From the IMG/VR virus record IMGVR_UViG_3300038825_000737, positions 1 to 56,283 of that record: a stretch of 56,283 nucleotides of DNA, one strand, 5' to 3'. Positions 30,014 to 38,805 of this stretch are shown here, piece by piece (within the stretch, counting starts at the first letter, position 1; every line of letters starts with the position of its first letter). A model generated the notes under the pieces. The model did not search any database. It saw only the letters and a list, made by a program, of their open reading frames with translations, and was not told the origin of the DNA. The stretch comes from a virus. Taxonomy: Duplodnaviria > Caudoviricetes. The position numbers and the translations under genes are program-made.

Positions 30014-30364
30014 ATGAATACATTAACCAACATTGACACAACTATTGATGCCATCAAAGAAGTGTCAAGTAATGCACTTTTAAAGCATGGCTTCAGCAGA
30101 TCACGTCAACGTATATTTGACCTATCAAAAGAACTGGATCAGGCTTGGCAGAACTACAAAGTTATACATGGTAGGACATATTACAAAGAGCTAGTACTAT
30201 TTGTAATTACACGTTCTACAAATGGCTTACGCTATAACACCATAGCAAGAAGATCAGGATTAAAAAAGGTTGTAGTTCATGATTGTTTAACTGAGTTATT
30301 AAGAGAGCAATTAATTTATAAAAACTTGAATGGAAAAAAGCTTTTATACTGTGCAAAAAAATAA
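30014..30364 (+). CDS. Hypothetical protein, possible C-terminal winged helix
   Basis: AGGAG RBS; GLRYNTIARRSGL...CLTELL pattern. Confidence 0.5.
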   Translation: MNTLTNIDTTIDAIKEVSSNALLKHGFSRSRQRIFDLSKELDQAWQNYKVIHGRTYYKELVLFVITRSTNGLRYNTIARRSGLKKVVVHDCLTELLREQLIYKNLNGKKLLYCAKK

Positions 30365-30365
30365 C

Positions 30366-30395
30366 TTGCATTAAATAAAAAAATAAATTTATAAT
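30366..30395 (+). promoter_or_regulatory. Sigma70-type promoter
   Basis: TTGCAT-18-TATAAT. Confidence 0.6.
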
Positions 30396-30396
30396 C

Positions 30397-30428
30397 AGGC
30401 TAGGTTAGGAATTAATCTAGCCTTTTTT
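30397..30428 (+). terminator. Intrinsic terminator overlapping the predicted start site of the adjacent promoter
   Basis: AGGCTAGGTT/AATCTAGCCT stem plus T tract. Confidence 0.7.
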
Positions 30429-30449
30429 AATAAGAAAGGAAGTCCAACG

Positions 30450-30797
30450 ATGGAAACAAGAACTTATTTAATAAATACAGTTTGGGATTATTTTAATAAA
30501 GAACTCAAACAAGTAGATGGAAACGAAGTAACTATTCAATTTAAAGTTATGGATAAATATACGATGATTGAAATTATCGGTATTAAGAAAAGTATCGGCA
30601 AACAATTTACGTTTCAAATCATATGCCATAAAGACCAAAACATAACCATACTTGAAAATAAAAACGATCAAGTAGAATTTGAAAAACAACCTATTAATTC
30701 AAATGTGGATAGGGTGCATTTTAACCAATCATTCGAGCCAAACGCAACGTTTGGTTTGCATGGTCAATTAGAATTATTTGAAGAGGAAGTAAACTAA
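30450..30797 (+). CDS. Hypothetical early protein
   Basis: AGAAAGGA RBS. Confidence 0.6.
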   Translation: METRTYLINTVWDYFNKELKQVDGNEVTIQFKVMDKYTMIEIIGIKKSIGKQFTFQIICHKDQNITILENKNDQVEFEKQPINSNVDRVHFNQSFEPNATFGLHGQLELFEEEVN

Positions 30798-30964
30798 TGG
30801 CTTATTATTTTCAATGCAAAGAATGTGGAAAGAAACAAACTTTCGGATTAACCAAACTATTTGAAGAAATACCTGAGGGCAAGAAACAAGAAGAAGAAAC
30901 TGTTATTTGCTTTAACTGTATTTCAAAGAAAGTTAGGTTAAAAGGCAACTATATAATCATTTAA
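30797..30964 (+). CDS. Small zinc-ribbon protein, 55 aa (not in ORF track)
   Basis: GAGGA RBS, TAATG coupling, CKEC...CFNC. Confidence 0.65.
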   Translation: MAYYFQCKECGKKQTFGLTKLFEEIPEGKKQEEETVICFNCISKKVRLKGNYIII

Positions 30965-30978
30965 GAAAGGTATTTAAA

Positions 30979-31176
30979 ATGCGTAATAATTTTAGTAATT
31001 TAATCCCAATATCAGTAATAACAACTATAGCAATTTGTATTGCATTATTAAGAACTATGATTTTAGATTTAAATGAGTTCTTCGGATATCGTGATATAAT
31101 ATTATTTATGGTTGTACAATTCGTATTAACTTTTAATATATATTTAACAATCGTACTAAATAGAAAGGGAAGATAA
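30979..31176 (+). CDS. Small two-TM membrane protein
   Basis: Two hydrophobic segments; AGAAAGG RBS. Confidence 0.55.
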   Translation: MRNNFSNLIPISVITTIAICIALLRTMILDLNEFFGYRDIILFMVVQFVLTFNIYLTIVLNRKGR

Positions 31177-31503
31177 ATGAGTTTAGTTTATGAAAATATG
31201 CCAAGTAGAGAAAAGAAATTAAAAGGTATTGCAAAGGTAAATAATTTCTTATCTCCAAGAAGTAATAAACCAATAGCAAATCAATTTAAGATTGTAATGC
31301 AAAATGGTTTAGAAGTATTTCAAAGTTATGAAACAATCATTGTTTTAAAAGATAAAAAGAACAATGAAATATATTTGGATAAAAACGCTTGGGATTATTC
31401 AAATACAACTTCAAGATATAGAAAGTTATATTTGAATGAAGATACCAAAACGACTAAAGAAAAGATTAAAAAAGGTATTTACATTCTTGAAGATCTGAAT
31501 TAA
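31177..31503 (+). CDS. Hypothetical early phage protein
   Basis: ANQF...FQSY...WDYSNTT motifs. Confidence 0.65.
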   Translation: MSLVYENMPSREKKLKGIAKVNNFLSPRSNKPIANQFKIVMQNGLEVFQSYETIIVLKDKKNNEIYLDKNAWDYSNTTSRYRKLYLNEDTKTTKEKIKKGIYILEDLN

Positions 31504-31524
31504 TACTTTTTAAATACCTCCATT

Positions 31525-31560
31525 AAAACGCCTTAGATTAGTTTCTAGGGCGTTTTTCTT
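31525..31560. terminator. Probably bidirectional intrinsic terminator closing the early region
   Basis: AAAACGCCTTAGA/TCTAGGGCGTTTT stem flanked by A and T tracts. Confidence 0.8.
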
Positions 31561-32034
31561 TTAAACTGTCTGATATATCCTTAAATGATTGTTTCTTTTA
31601 TGTATTCGCTTTTAATGGCGTTTGGTTTATTACTCGCAATAGTACGCTAGAAAGGTATAATCAAGGGTTTAGTTGTACAAGTTATCAATGGCAAAGCTTC
31701 AAACGTGTACACGTGCGTATTATGTGAAGATATTATAAAAGGTATTTGTCAAAGGTTTAGTTTATTGGGTGTGATTGTATGCCTACGGCTTAAATAAGAT
31801 TATCAATGATAAAAAAGATATATTTTTATTGCGTGACGCACGCATGGGTCACCGGGGGCCCCCCTGTATTTGCATGCAATGTCGCCATATTTTTATGTGA
31901 AATAGTTACTTGTACAAGTTATGGTGCATCCCTTTGGGATAGCGTGCAAGGAATACCCTACGGAGGAGCGTACCTCTATACTAAGAACGGTTAATTTGGG
32001 GGGTATGGTGTATTTCCCGGAGGGTTACACTCCG

Positions 32035-32063
32035 ATTGTACCCACCAATTCCTATTCTGTCAA
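32035..32063 (-). promoter_or_regulatory. Near-consensus leftward sigma70 promoter
   Basis: TTGACA-17-TACAAT on the minus strand. Confidence 0.7.
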
Positions 32064-32079
32064 CAAAATAATTATTTTC

Positions 32080-32108
32080 TTGACGTAATTATGCTAAGTC
32101 ACTATTAT
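32080..32108 (+). promoter_or_regulatory. Promoter for the packaging/structural arm
   Basis: TTGACG-17-TATTAT. Confidence 0.7.
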
Positions 32109-32217
32109 TAAAGTAACAAAAGGTCAACTAAAGCACATGCAACCAAGTATTATCTGAAGAATTAGTGTATTTGGCTTTATTTCTTTGATTTTTTGTCTAA
32201 TTTAACAAGGAAACTCC

Positions 32218-32439
32218 ATGTATGAAGCATTTGTACTGATTTGTTTGGCAGGAAAGCCAATGGCAGACGAATTTTGTAATCAATTACAAGACACAAGAGG
32301 GCCGTACATGACTCACGATCAGTGTTTAACACGAGTATATGAGATTCAAAGGGATTTACCCTTGTATAAACCAAGCATGGAAGCACGAGCATACCGTTGT
32401 GACAAATTTACTCCCAAAACAGAGAAGCAAAGAACGTGA
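32218..32439 (+). CDS. Hypothetical Cys-containing protein
   Basis: AAGGA RBS; four spaced Cys. Confidence 0.6.
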   Translation: MYEAFVLICLAGKPMADEFCNQLQDTRGPYMTHDQCLTRVYEIQRDLPLYKPSMEARAYRCDKFTPKTEKQRT

Positions 32440-32809
32440 AATAAGTCCTCAACAAGAGGAGTTTCTAGAAAATCTCTTTGAAAATGGTGGTAACGTAACT
32501 GATGCAGCCCTCAAAGCAGGCTATGCAAAGGGATCAGTGACGTGGCTACGCAATAGTTTAGCAGATGAAATAATCAGACGCACACAAAACGTGCTGTCTA
32601 TGAACGCATTTAAGGCGGCTACACGCCTTGTAACAACAATAGACAACCCAGTGCCTGAAAGAGGAGACGATCTACGCTTCAGGGCTGCAGAATCGCTTTT
32701 AAACAGGGTTGGTCTAGGAAAACAAGAAACAACTAACGTAAATGTACAGGCTGTACACGGTATTGTCCTGTTGCCACCCAAGAAAGACGTAGTAATTGAT
32801 GGAAATTGA
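32399..32809 (+). CDS. terS: Terminase small subunit
   Basis: SPQQEEFL...GNVTDAALKAGY HTH pattern; upstream of terL; start uncertain (frame open from 32339). Confidence 0.75.
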   Translation: MTNLLPKQRSKEREISPQQEEFLENLFENGGNVTDAALKAGYAKGSVTWLRNSLADEIIRRTQNVLSMNAFKAATRLVTTIDNPVPERGDDLRFRAAESLLNRVGLGKQETTNVNVQAVHGIVLLPPKKDVVIDGN

Positions 32810-32918
32810 GTGGTGGCAAGCACTCTTGGTCACAATGGTATCGATTAACACAACAATCAACCTTATTGTGTTCTTCAAGGGTAGGAAAGTATTTAAAAAA
32901 GTAAATGACAGAAGTTAA
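32799..32918 (+). CDS. Small hydrophobic peptide, 39 aa (not in ORF track)
   Basis: Bridges terS and terL, overlapping both. Confidence 0.4.
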   Translation: MEIEWWQALLVTMVSINTTINLIVFFKGRKVFKKVNDRS

Positions 32919-34590
32919 AAGGCGTGGTCGACCAAAGAAAGACCCCAACGCTCCCAAACAAAGATACAACTATTCCTCTGCAGTAAAAGCTCGTAAGCAA
33001 ACACAACGTAGACTTACTGAAGCAAAGAAACGAGCAGCAAAGATAACAAAGCAAGCAGAAAGTAAAAGACGCTATGCCAGAAAACTCGAAGAAAAAATCA
33101 CAAAAGTCGACAAAGCACTCAATCAAGACACGACTGCTGTTATCGACAAAACGGATCTGCAAGAGTTGCCAGACGTTGTTGAGCAACTGGTGGATGGGCG
33201 TGAAATTATTTTTCAGCCAAACGAAGGACCTCAAGAAGAGTTTCTTTCCTCAAGTGAAAGAGATGTTCTGTACGGTGGCTCAGCAGGTGGGGGAAAAAGC
33301 TTTGCACTTCTCGCAGACCCTCTTCGGTATTGCCACAATAGCAATCATCGTGGGCTTCTTCTTAGGCGTACTCTGGATGAGCTAACAGAACTTATTGACA
33401 AGTCACGTCAACTATACCCCAAAGCTTTCCCCGGTGCAAAGTTCAGGGAATCAAAGTCAACGTGGCATTTTCCGTCAGGTGCAACAATTTGGTTTACGTA
33501 TCTTGACAAAGACAAAGACGTAACAAGATTTCAGGGTCAGTCGTTTAATTGGATAGGCATTGATGAGATAACCCAATATCCCTCGCCTTACGTTTGGGAT
33601 TATCTCCGTTCACGACTAAGAGCAACTGATCCTGAACTGCAACAGAACCTGTACATGCGTTGTACAGCAAACCCCGGAGGAGTCGGAGGTTGGTGGGTCA
33701 AGAAGATGTACATCGATCCATCAGAACACGGTTCGACTTTTCCTGCAGTAGATATTGAAACAGGCAGACCTTTCTTGTGGCCCAAAGGTCACGAAAAAGA
33801 AGGCGAGCCACTTTTCTATCGTAGGTTCATCCCTGCACGTTTGACTGACAATCCATACTTGTTGGCTGATGGACAATACGAAGCGATGTTAAGATCACTA
33901 CCTGAAGTCGAGCGTAAGAGACTTCTTGAGGGTGACTGGGAAGTGACAGAGGGTGCAGCCTTCCCTGAATTTAGTAGGAGTAAACATGTTACACCGAGTT
34001 TCGAGCTTCCACCGAATTTCCCCAGAATACGTGCCGCTGACTATGGGTATGCGAGTCCTTCTTGTGTCCTGTGGGGTGCTATTGACTGGGATAACAATAT
34101 ATGGGTTTATCGTGAACTGTACGTAAAACAGTTGACAGCAGAGCAACTAGCCGATAGAATACTACAAGTAGAACAAGAAGATCCGACACCACACTACACT
34201 GTACTTGACTCCTCGTGTTGGAACAAGACAGGGTTCGGCCCATCAATAGCAGAGACAATGATGAGATGTGGCGTACGTTGGACACCATCAGACAGGAACA
34301 GACTTCAAGGAAAAATGGAAGTACATCGTAGGCTTGCTGATGACCCAAGAACAGAAGAACCTAGACTACGAATATTTCCGAACTGTGTTAACCTTATCAA
34401 ACAATTATCAGGTATACCTCTTAGCAAAACAAATGCAGAGGATGTGGACACAAAGGCAGAAGATCACGCATACGATGCACTGCGATATATGTTAATGACA
34501 AGGATGACAGGGTATGTGTCAATTCATAAAACACTTAATGGTATTAAGAGTCAAGTCTATCAAATGCAAGACCAAACATTTGGATATTAA
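32905..34590 (+). CDS. terL: Terminase large subunit
   Basis: YGGSAGGGKS Walker A, IGIDE Walker B, TANPGG, ADYG and DHAYDALRY nuclease motifs. Confidence 0.95.
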   Translation: MTEVKRRGRPKKDPNAPKQRYNYSSAVKARKQTQRRLTEAKKRAAKITKQAESKRRYARKLEEKITKVDKALNQDTTAVIDKTDLQELPDVVEQLVDGREIIFQPNEGPQEEFLSSSERDVLYGGSAGGGKSFALLADPLRYCHNSNHRGLLLRRTLDELTELIDKSRQLYPKAFPGAKFRESKSTWHFPSGATIWFTYLDKDKDVTRFQGQSFNWIGIDEITQYPSPYVWDYLRSRLRATDPELQQNLYMRCTANPGGVGGWWVKKMYIDPSEHGSTFPAVDIETGRPFLWPKGHEKEGEPLFYRRFIPARLTDNPYLLADGQYEAMLRSLPEVERKRLLEGDWEVTEGAAFPEFSRSKHVTPSFELPPNFPRIRAADYGYASPSCVLWGAIDWDNNIWVYRELYVKQLTAEQLADRILQVEQEDPTPHYTVLDSSCWNKTGFGPSIAETMMRCGVRWTPSDRNRLQGKMEVHRRLADDPRTEEPRLRIFPNCVNLIKQLSGIPLSKTNAEDVDTKAEDHAYDALRYMLMTRMTGYVSIHKTLNGIKSQVYQMQDQTFGY

Positions 34591-34593
34591 TAA

Positions 34594-36432
34594 ATGGCAG
34601 AAGTAACACAAGATATGACACTAGGGCAGGCTTTGGATCTTGCTCAAAGTAGAGCAACTGAAGCTAATGAAAAAAATGCAGCTAAAAATGTTGGTCAACT
34701 TAAAAATGCTATATCAAAAGGTAAACTAGGTGAAAACGTAAGTTTAGAAAGTCCTTACTTTAGCACAGTAAAAGGTAAAGATTATCTAACTAATATACAA
34801 GCAGGTAAAGGTAAAGTAGAGACTGACTTCTATGTGAAAGCTCAAGCTCTAGAAAAATACACTAATCAAGCATTAGTTGAATCTGGTCTTACTGATCTTA
34901 CCACTAATGTCACAGGTGCTACAGGTCTAGCAAAAGATGTTGGTGCTAAAGGACAGCTTCGTGGTGAACAAGCCATGAGAGGTATGATACCTTTTGAAGA
35001 GATAGATAAAATCTACGCTCAAGGTTTCAACGAAATGAAAGGTGACAAAGCAGTAAGTGATGCCACCAAAGATTTTCTTATATACCATAGATACACAAGT
35101 CACAGAGTTGGAACTATTTTAAATGACACGGAAGATTACAAATCTTTAAGATTGTCTGATGTATCGATAATCACAGGTAAAGATGGTGAAACCTCAGTTT
35201 CAATAAAAGGCGAAGTCAGAGGTAAAAAGAAAAGATATGCTACAACTTACACTGGATCATTTGCAGAATTTTTAAAAGGTGTATATAACAAAGCTAAGTC
35301 AGCAAACCCTGACATGCCAAACTCCGAAGTCAAGTTGTTTAATACAAGTCAAACAAAAGTAAATCAGGCGTGGAAAAAATATTTACTTCCTAAATTTTTA
35401 GATCAACATGAAATATCTCTACCTGTGGATAGAAAAGGTAAGGTAGTCACAGGTCTTACAGAGATAATACGATCAGCGAATATTGAAGCACTTGAAAGTG
35501 ATTTAGGACTTGCAAGCAATCTTGGTGACGATTTCATGGGTCACACAGCACAAGGAACAAAAGCAAAGTCATACAAAGTAAACACACCAGAGTCAAAGGC
35601 TATTGGTTCTATTACTGAAAACATGGTGAAAACTTCTGCATTTAATTTAGGAGCAGGTACAACTAACAACTTGTTTTCAGGGTATGGTTTAAATATACCT
35701 ACACTTGACGTTGCAAATGAAGGTGTAAAAGTATATGACGGTCATAAATCTGAATTTAGATTTAATGCAGATGCACTCAAAGAAGTTGTAAAACCTAGAC
35801 TTGCTACAAAAGAAGAAATAGAATTACAAAAACAAAAAGCTATAACAGGTGCAAAACAAGAAACAGTTTCACAGTTAGATCTTGATATACAGGCTCAAAA
35901 AAAGGGTTTAGAACTAGATGAAATAAAAGCAGCTAGAATACCTAAACAACAAGAAGCTTTAGTAAAAGAGATACAAGAAAAAGAACTAAAAAGTAAATTA
36001 AAGAAGCAATTAAAAAAAGAAGGTAACTTAATTCCTAATCCTGAACTTACGATACCTGAAGACGATGTAAAAAAATTAAAAGCACAGGGTCTTTGGGATG
36101 TTATAACAAAAGGATTAAAGATGTTACCACCTGTCGCTGCAGGCATTGTATACGCAGAACAAAAACAAGCAGGTGCATCAACTGGTGAAGCGATAGCGTA
36201 CGGTGCTAGTGAATTTTTGCCTATATCAGCTTCTGATGTGGACATGGCAGGTGCATTTGCAAGAGAAGCACGTGAAAAAGGATTACCTGAAGCATTAGGC
36301 ATAGATACAGAAAAAACACAAGCTATGAATGTGATAAGGAAACGAAGATTAGCTGATAGAGTTAGACAAAACACATCAGTTACACCACCCCCTCAAGAGG
36401 GATTTATAAATAGAAACCAAATGGGAGAATAA
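34594..36432 (+). CDS. Tyrosine-recombinase-like domain protein with a virion-protein-like C-terminal extension
   Basis: R171 (TSHR..IL...LRLSDV), K211-213, ExxR293, MGH317, Y327. Confidence 0.55.
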   Translation: MAEVTQDMTLGQALDLAQSRATEANEKNAAKNVGQLKNAISKGKLGENVSLESPYFSTVKGKDYLTNIQAGKGKVETDFYVKAQALEKYTNQALVESGLTDLTTNVTGATGLAKDVGAKGQLRGEQAMRGMIPFEEIDKIYAQGFNEMKGDKAVSDATKDFLIYHRYTSHRVGTILNDTEDYKSLRLSDVSIITGKDGETSVSIKGEVRGKKKRYATTYTGSFAEFLKGVYNKAKSANPDMPNSEVKLFNTSQTKVNQAWKKYLLPKFLDQHEISLPVDRKGKVVTGLTEIIRSANIEALESDLGLASNLGDDFMGHTAQGTKAKSYKVNTPESKAIGSITENMVKTSAFNLGAGTTNNLFSGYGLNIPTLDVANEGVKVYDGHKSEFRFNADALKEVVKPRLATKEEIELQKQKAITGAKQETVSQLDLDIQAQKKGLELDEIKAARIPKQQEALVKEIQEKELKSKLKKQLKKEGNLIPNPELTIPEDDVKKLKAQGLWDVITKGLKMLPPVAAGIVYAEQKQAGASTGEAIAYGASEFLPISASDVDMAGAFAREAREKGLPEALGIDTEKTQAMNVIRKRRLADRVRQNTSVTPPPQEGFINRNQMGE

Positions 36433-36433
36433 A

Positions 36434-36652
36434 ATGGCAGACAATCTTAATCAAGGTGCAGCCTATATAATGGGATCAGACAAAGTATCAGTTGATGATG
36501 CTCAAGGTTCTGACAAGCTATATAGAGAAGGTCTTGAGTTTACTACTGAAGTAAAACAAGATGCGTTGCAAGTTGACATGCCAAAGAAGCAATCAAAAAC
36601 AACAGTTGATCCTGCTTTATTTAAAATGGCTGACGACAGAAACTACTTCTAA
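36434..36652 (+). CDS. Hypothetical protein
   Basis: GGGAG RBS; directly before the portal gene. Confidence 0.6.
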   Translation: MADNLNQGAAYIMGSDKVSVDDAQGSDKLYREGLEFTTEVKQDALQVDMPKKQSKTTVDPALFKMADDRNYF

Positions 36653-36665
36653 TTTGAGGTAAATC

Positions 36666-38777
36666 ATGGCTGATGATAATTTTCTTCAACCAGAAGATGA
36701 CTCAAGCGTATCCGTAAATAATCCTTCCGAGCAAATGCCCGGACTTGCAGGATTTATTAAGACACGATTTGAGGATTCTGAAAACGGTAGAAGATCATAC
36801 GAGTTAAGATGGTTACAAGCTTATAAAAACTTTAGAGGTATATACGACTCCACGACACAATATCGTGACTCTGAAAGATCTAAGGTATTTATAAAAATAA
36901 CTAAAACAAAAGTGCTTGCAGCATACGGACAGATAGTAGACATACTATTTGCAAACAAAAAGTTTCCGTTGGTTGTAGAACCCACTCCAATACCAGAAGG
37001 TATTGAAGAGTTTGCACATATGAAAACACCTCTTGACGAGATGACAGATCCGTATGGATTTGAAGGAGACGGCAACGAGTTGATGCCGGGTGCTTTGTCG
37101 ATCAAACAACCACACAAGCTAGGAACTTACGGTGATGAGTTTCCTGACATGTTGGCAAAAGGTCCTGCAAAGTTAGGTGAACCCCAAGTCAAACCTGCAC
37201 AGAAAATGGCGATGCGTATGGAAAAGTGCATACACGACCAGTTGCTTGACAGTAACGCAGTCAGTGTATTTCGCAAAGCTATATTTGAATCAGCTTTACT
37301 TGGCACAGGTATCATAAAAGGTCCATTTAATTTTTACAAACGAGTACACAACTGGGGTAAAGATGAAAATGGTAACAGAGTTTACGAGCCGTACGAAAAG
37401 GTAGTACCTCGTGTTGAAGCTGTATCTGTATGGGATTTTCATCCTGATCCATCTGCAACAAGCATGGATGACTGTGAATATGTAATACAAAGACACAGAA
37501 TGAACAGACAACAGTTACGTTCTCTTGTTAAAAGACCTTACTTCGATGCCCAAGCCATAGAAGAATGTCTCGCAGAAGGTCCTAACTACGAGGACAAATA
37601 CTACGAAGATACTATTCGTGAAGATGATACTGAGCCATACTACCAAGAAAATAGATTTGAAGTTCTTGAATACTGGGGATCTATAGATAAAAAGTACGCC
37701 AACGAAGTTGGACTTGAAGGATCAGAAACAATGTCTGAGTTTGATCAAGTTCAAGTAAACGTTTGGGTATGTGGTGGTATGATACTTAGATGTGTGATGA
37801 ACCCATTTACTCCTGCGAGATTACCATTTCAGGCGTTTCCGTTTGAGATAAACCCATATCAACTTTGGGGTGTAGGTGTCGCAGAGAACATGGAATATTC
37901 ACAAAAGCTCATGAATGGTCACTATCGTATGGCTATTGACAACTTAGCACTTGCAGGTAATCTTGTATTTGATGTCGATGAAGCAAGTTTAGTACCCGGT
38001 CAAAATATGGATATATTCCCCGGTAAGATATTTAGACGACAGTCTGGTGTAACTGGTACAGCGATCAACGGACTAAAGTTTCCAAATACTGCACCAGAGA
38101 ATATACAGATGTATCAGATATCACGACAACTTGCCGATGAAGATACAGGTATACCATCCATACTACACGGACAAACAGGTGTGACTGGAACTGGTAGAAC
38201 TGCTGCAGGACTATCTATGTTGATGGGATCAGCAGGATTGGCTATGAAAACAGTCATAAAGAACATAGACGATCATTTACTAAAGCCACTAGGAGAATCA
38301 CTCTTTCAGTGGAACATGCAGTTTAATGAAAGCATGGAAGATATACAAGGGGATCTTGAGATTAAACCTCGTGGTGTTGCTGCAGTCATGCAAAAAGAAG
38401 TACGCACACAAAGACTAACAGCACTACTACAGACAGTTGCAAATCCTATGCTTGCACCTTTTATAAAGATACCAAACTTAATAAAAGAGTTAGCTATAGC
38501 ACAAGATATTGATCCTGACACATTAGTCAACGATCAAAACGAAGCACAACTGTATGCAGAAATGTTAAAAGGAATGATGGCAAATGCTCAACAAGGAACA
38601 GGCGAAGATGGTGTCGCCAGTGGTCAACAGCAAGGAATGGAACAATCTGGTGGAGTACCTCAACAGCCTGAAGGAACTGACAGTCAAGGGAATGGTAACG
38701 GCACAATCGGAGTCGGAGCTACGCCAACTGCAGGGGAAACTGGCTTTACTGGAAATGCTCCTCAACCTGAAGAGTAA
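36666..38777 (+). CDS. Portal protein
   Basis: 703 aa after terL; GTGIIKGP, PDP, WGVG, IFPGKIF, RTAAGLSMLM motifs. Confidence 0.88.
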   Translation: MADDNFLQPEDDSSVSVNNPSEQMPGLAGFIKTRFEDSENGRRSYELRWLQAYKNFRGIYDSTTQYRDSERSKVFIKITKTKVLAAYGQIVDILFANKKFPLVVEPTPIPEGIEEFAHMKTPLDEMTDPYGFEGDGNELMPGALSIKQPHKLGTYGDEFPDMLAKGPAKLGEPQVKPAQKMAMRMEKCIHDQLLDSNAVSVFRKAIFESALLGTGIIKGPFNFYKRVHNWGKDENGNRVYEPYEKVVPRVEAVSVWDFHPDPSATSMDDCEYVIQRHRMNRQQLRSLVKRPYFDAQAIEECLAEGPNYEDKYYEDTIREDDTEPYYQENRFEVLEYWGSIDKKYANEVGLEGSETMSEFDQVQVNVWVCGGMILRCVMNPFTPARLPFQAFPFEINPYQLWGVGVAENMEYSQKLMNGHYRMAIDNLALAGNLVFDVDEASLVPGQNMDIFPGKIFRRQSGVTGTAINGLKFPNTAPENIQMYQISRQLADEDTGIPSILHGQTGVTGTGRTAAGLSMLMGSAGLAMKTVIKNIDDHLLKPLGESLFQWNMQFNESMEDIQGDLEIKPRGVAAVMQKEVRTQRLTALLQTVANPMLAPFIKIPNLIKELAIAQDIDPDTLVNDQNEAQLYAEMLKGMMANAQQGTGEDGVASGQQQGMEQSGGVPQQPEGTDSQGNGNGTIGVGATPTAGETGFTGNAPQPEE

Positions 38778-38805
38778 TTATGAAAAGGTAATTAAAAATG
38801 GCTGA
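38584..38805 (+). CDS. Small helical protein overlapping the portal 3' end
   Basis: W..LVEYL...ELRQLQGKL pattern typical of the post-portal gene in podoviruses; stop overlaps the next start. Confidence 0.65.
   Translation: MLNKEQAKMVSPVVNSKEWNNLVEYLNSLKELTVKGMVTAQSESELRQLQGKLALLEMLLNLKSNYEKVIKNG

Noticed and set aside
31806-31994. 62-aa ORF in the intergenic region
   Set aside because: No RBS, atypical composition, runs through the palindrome cluster
31560-32200. Protelomerase hairpin-telomere site or tRNA
   Set aside because: Only palindromes of 12 bp or less were seen, with no long perfect inverted repeat and no cloverleaf with a T-loop consensus
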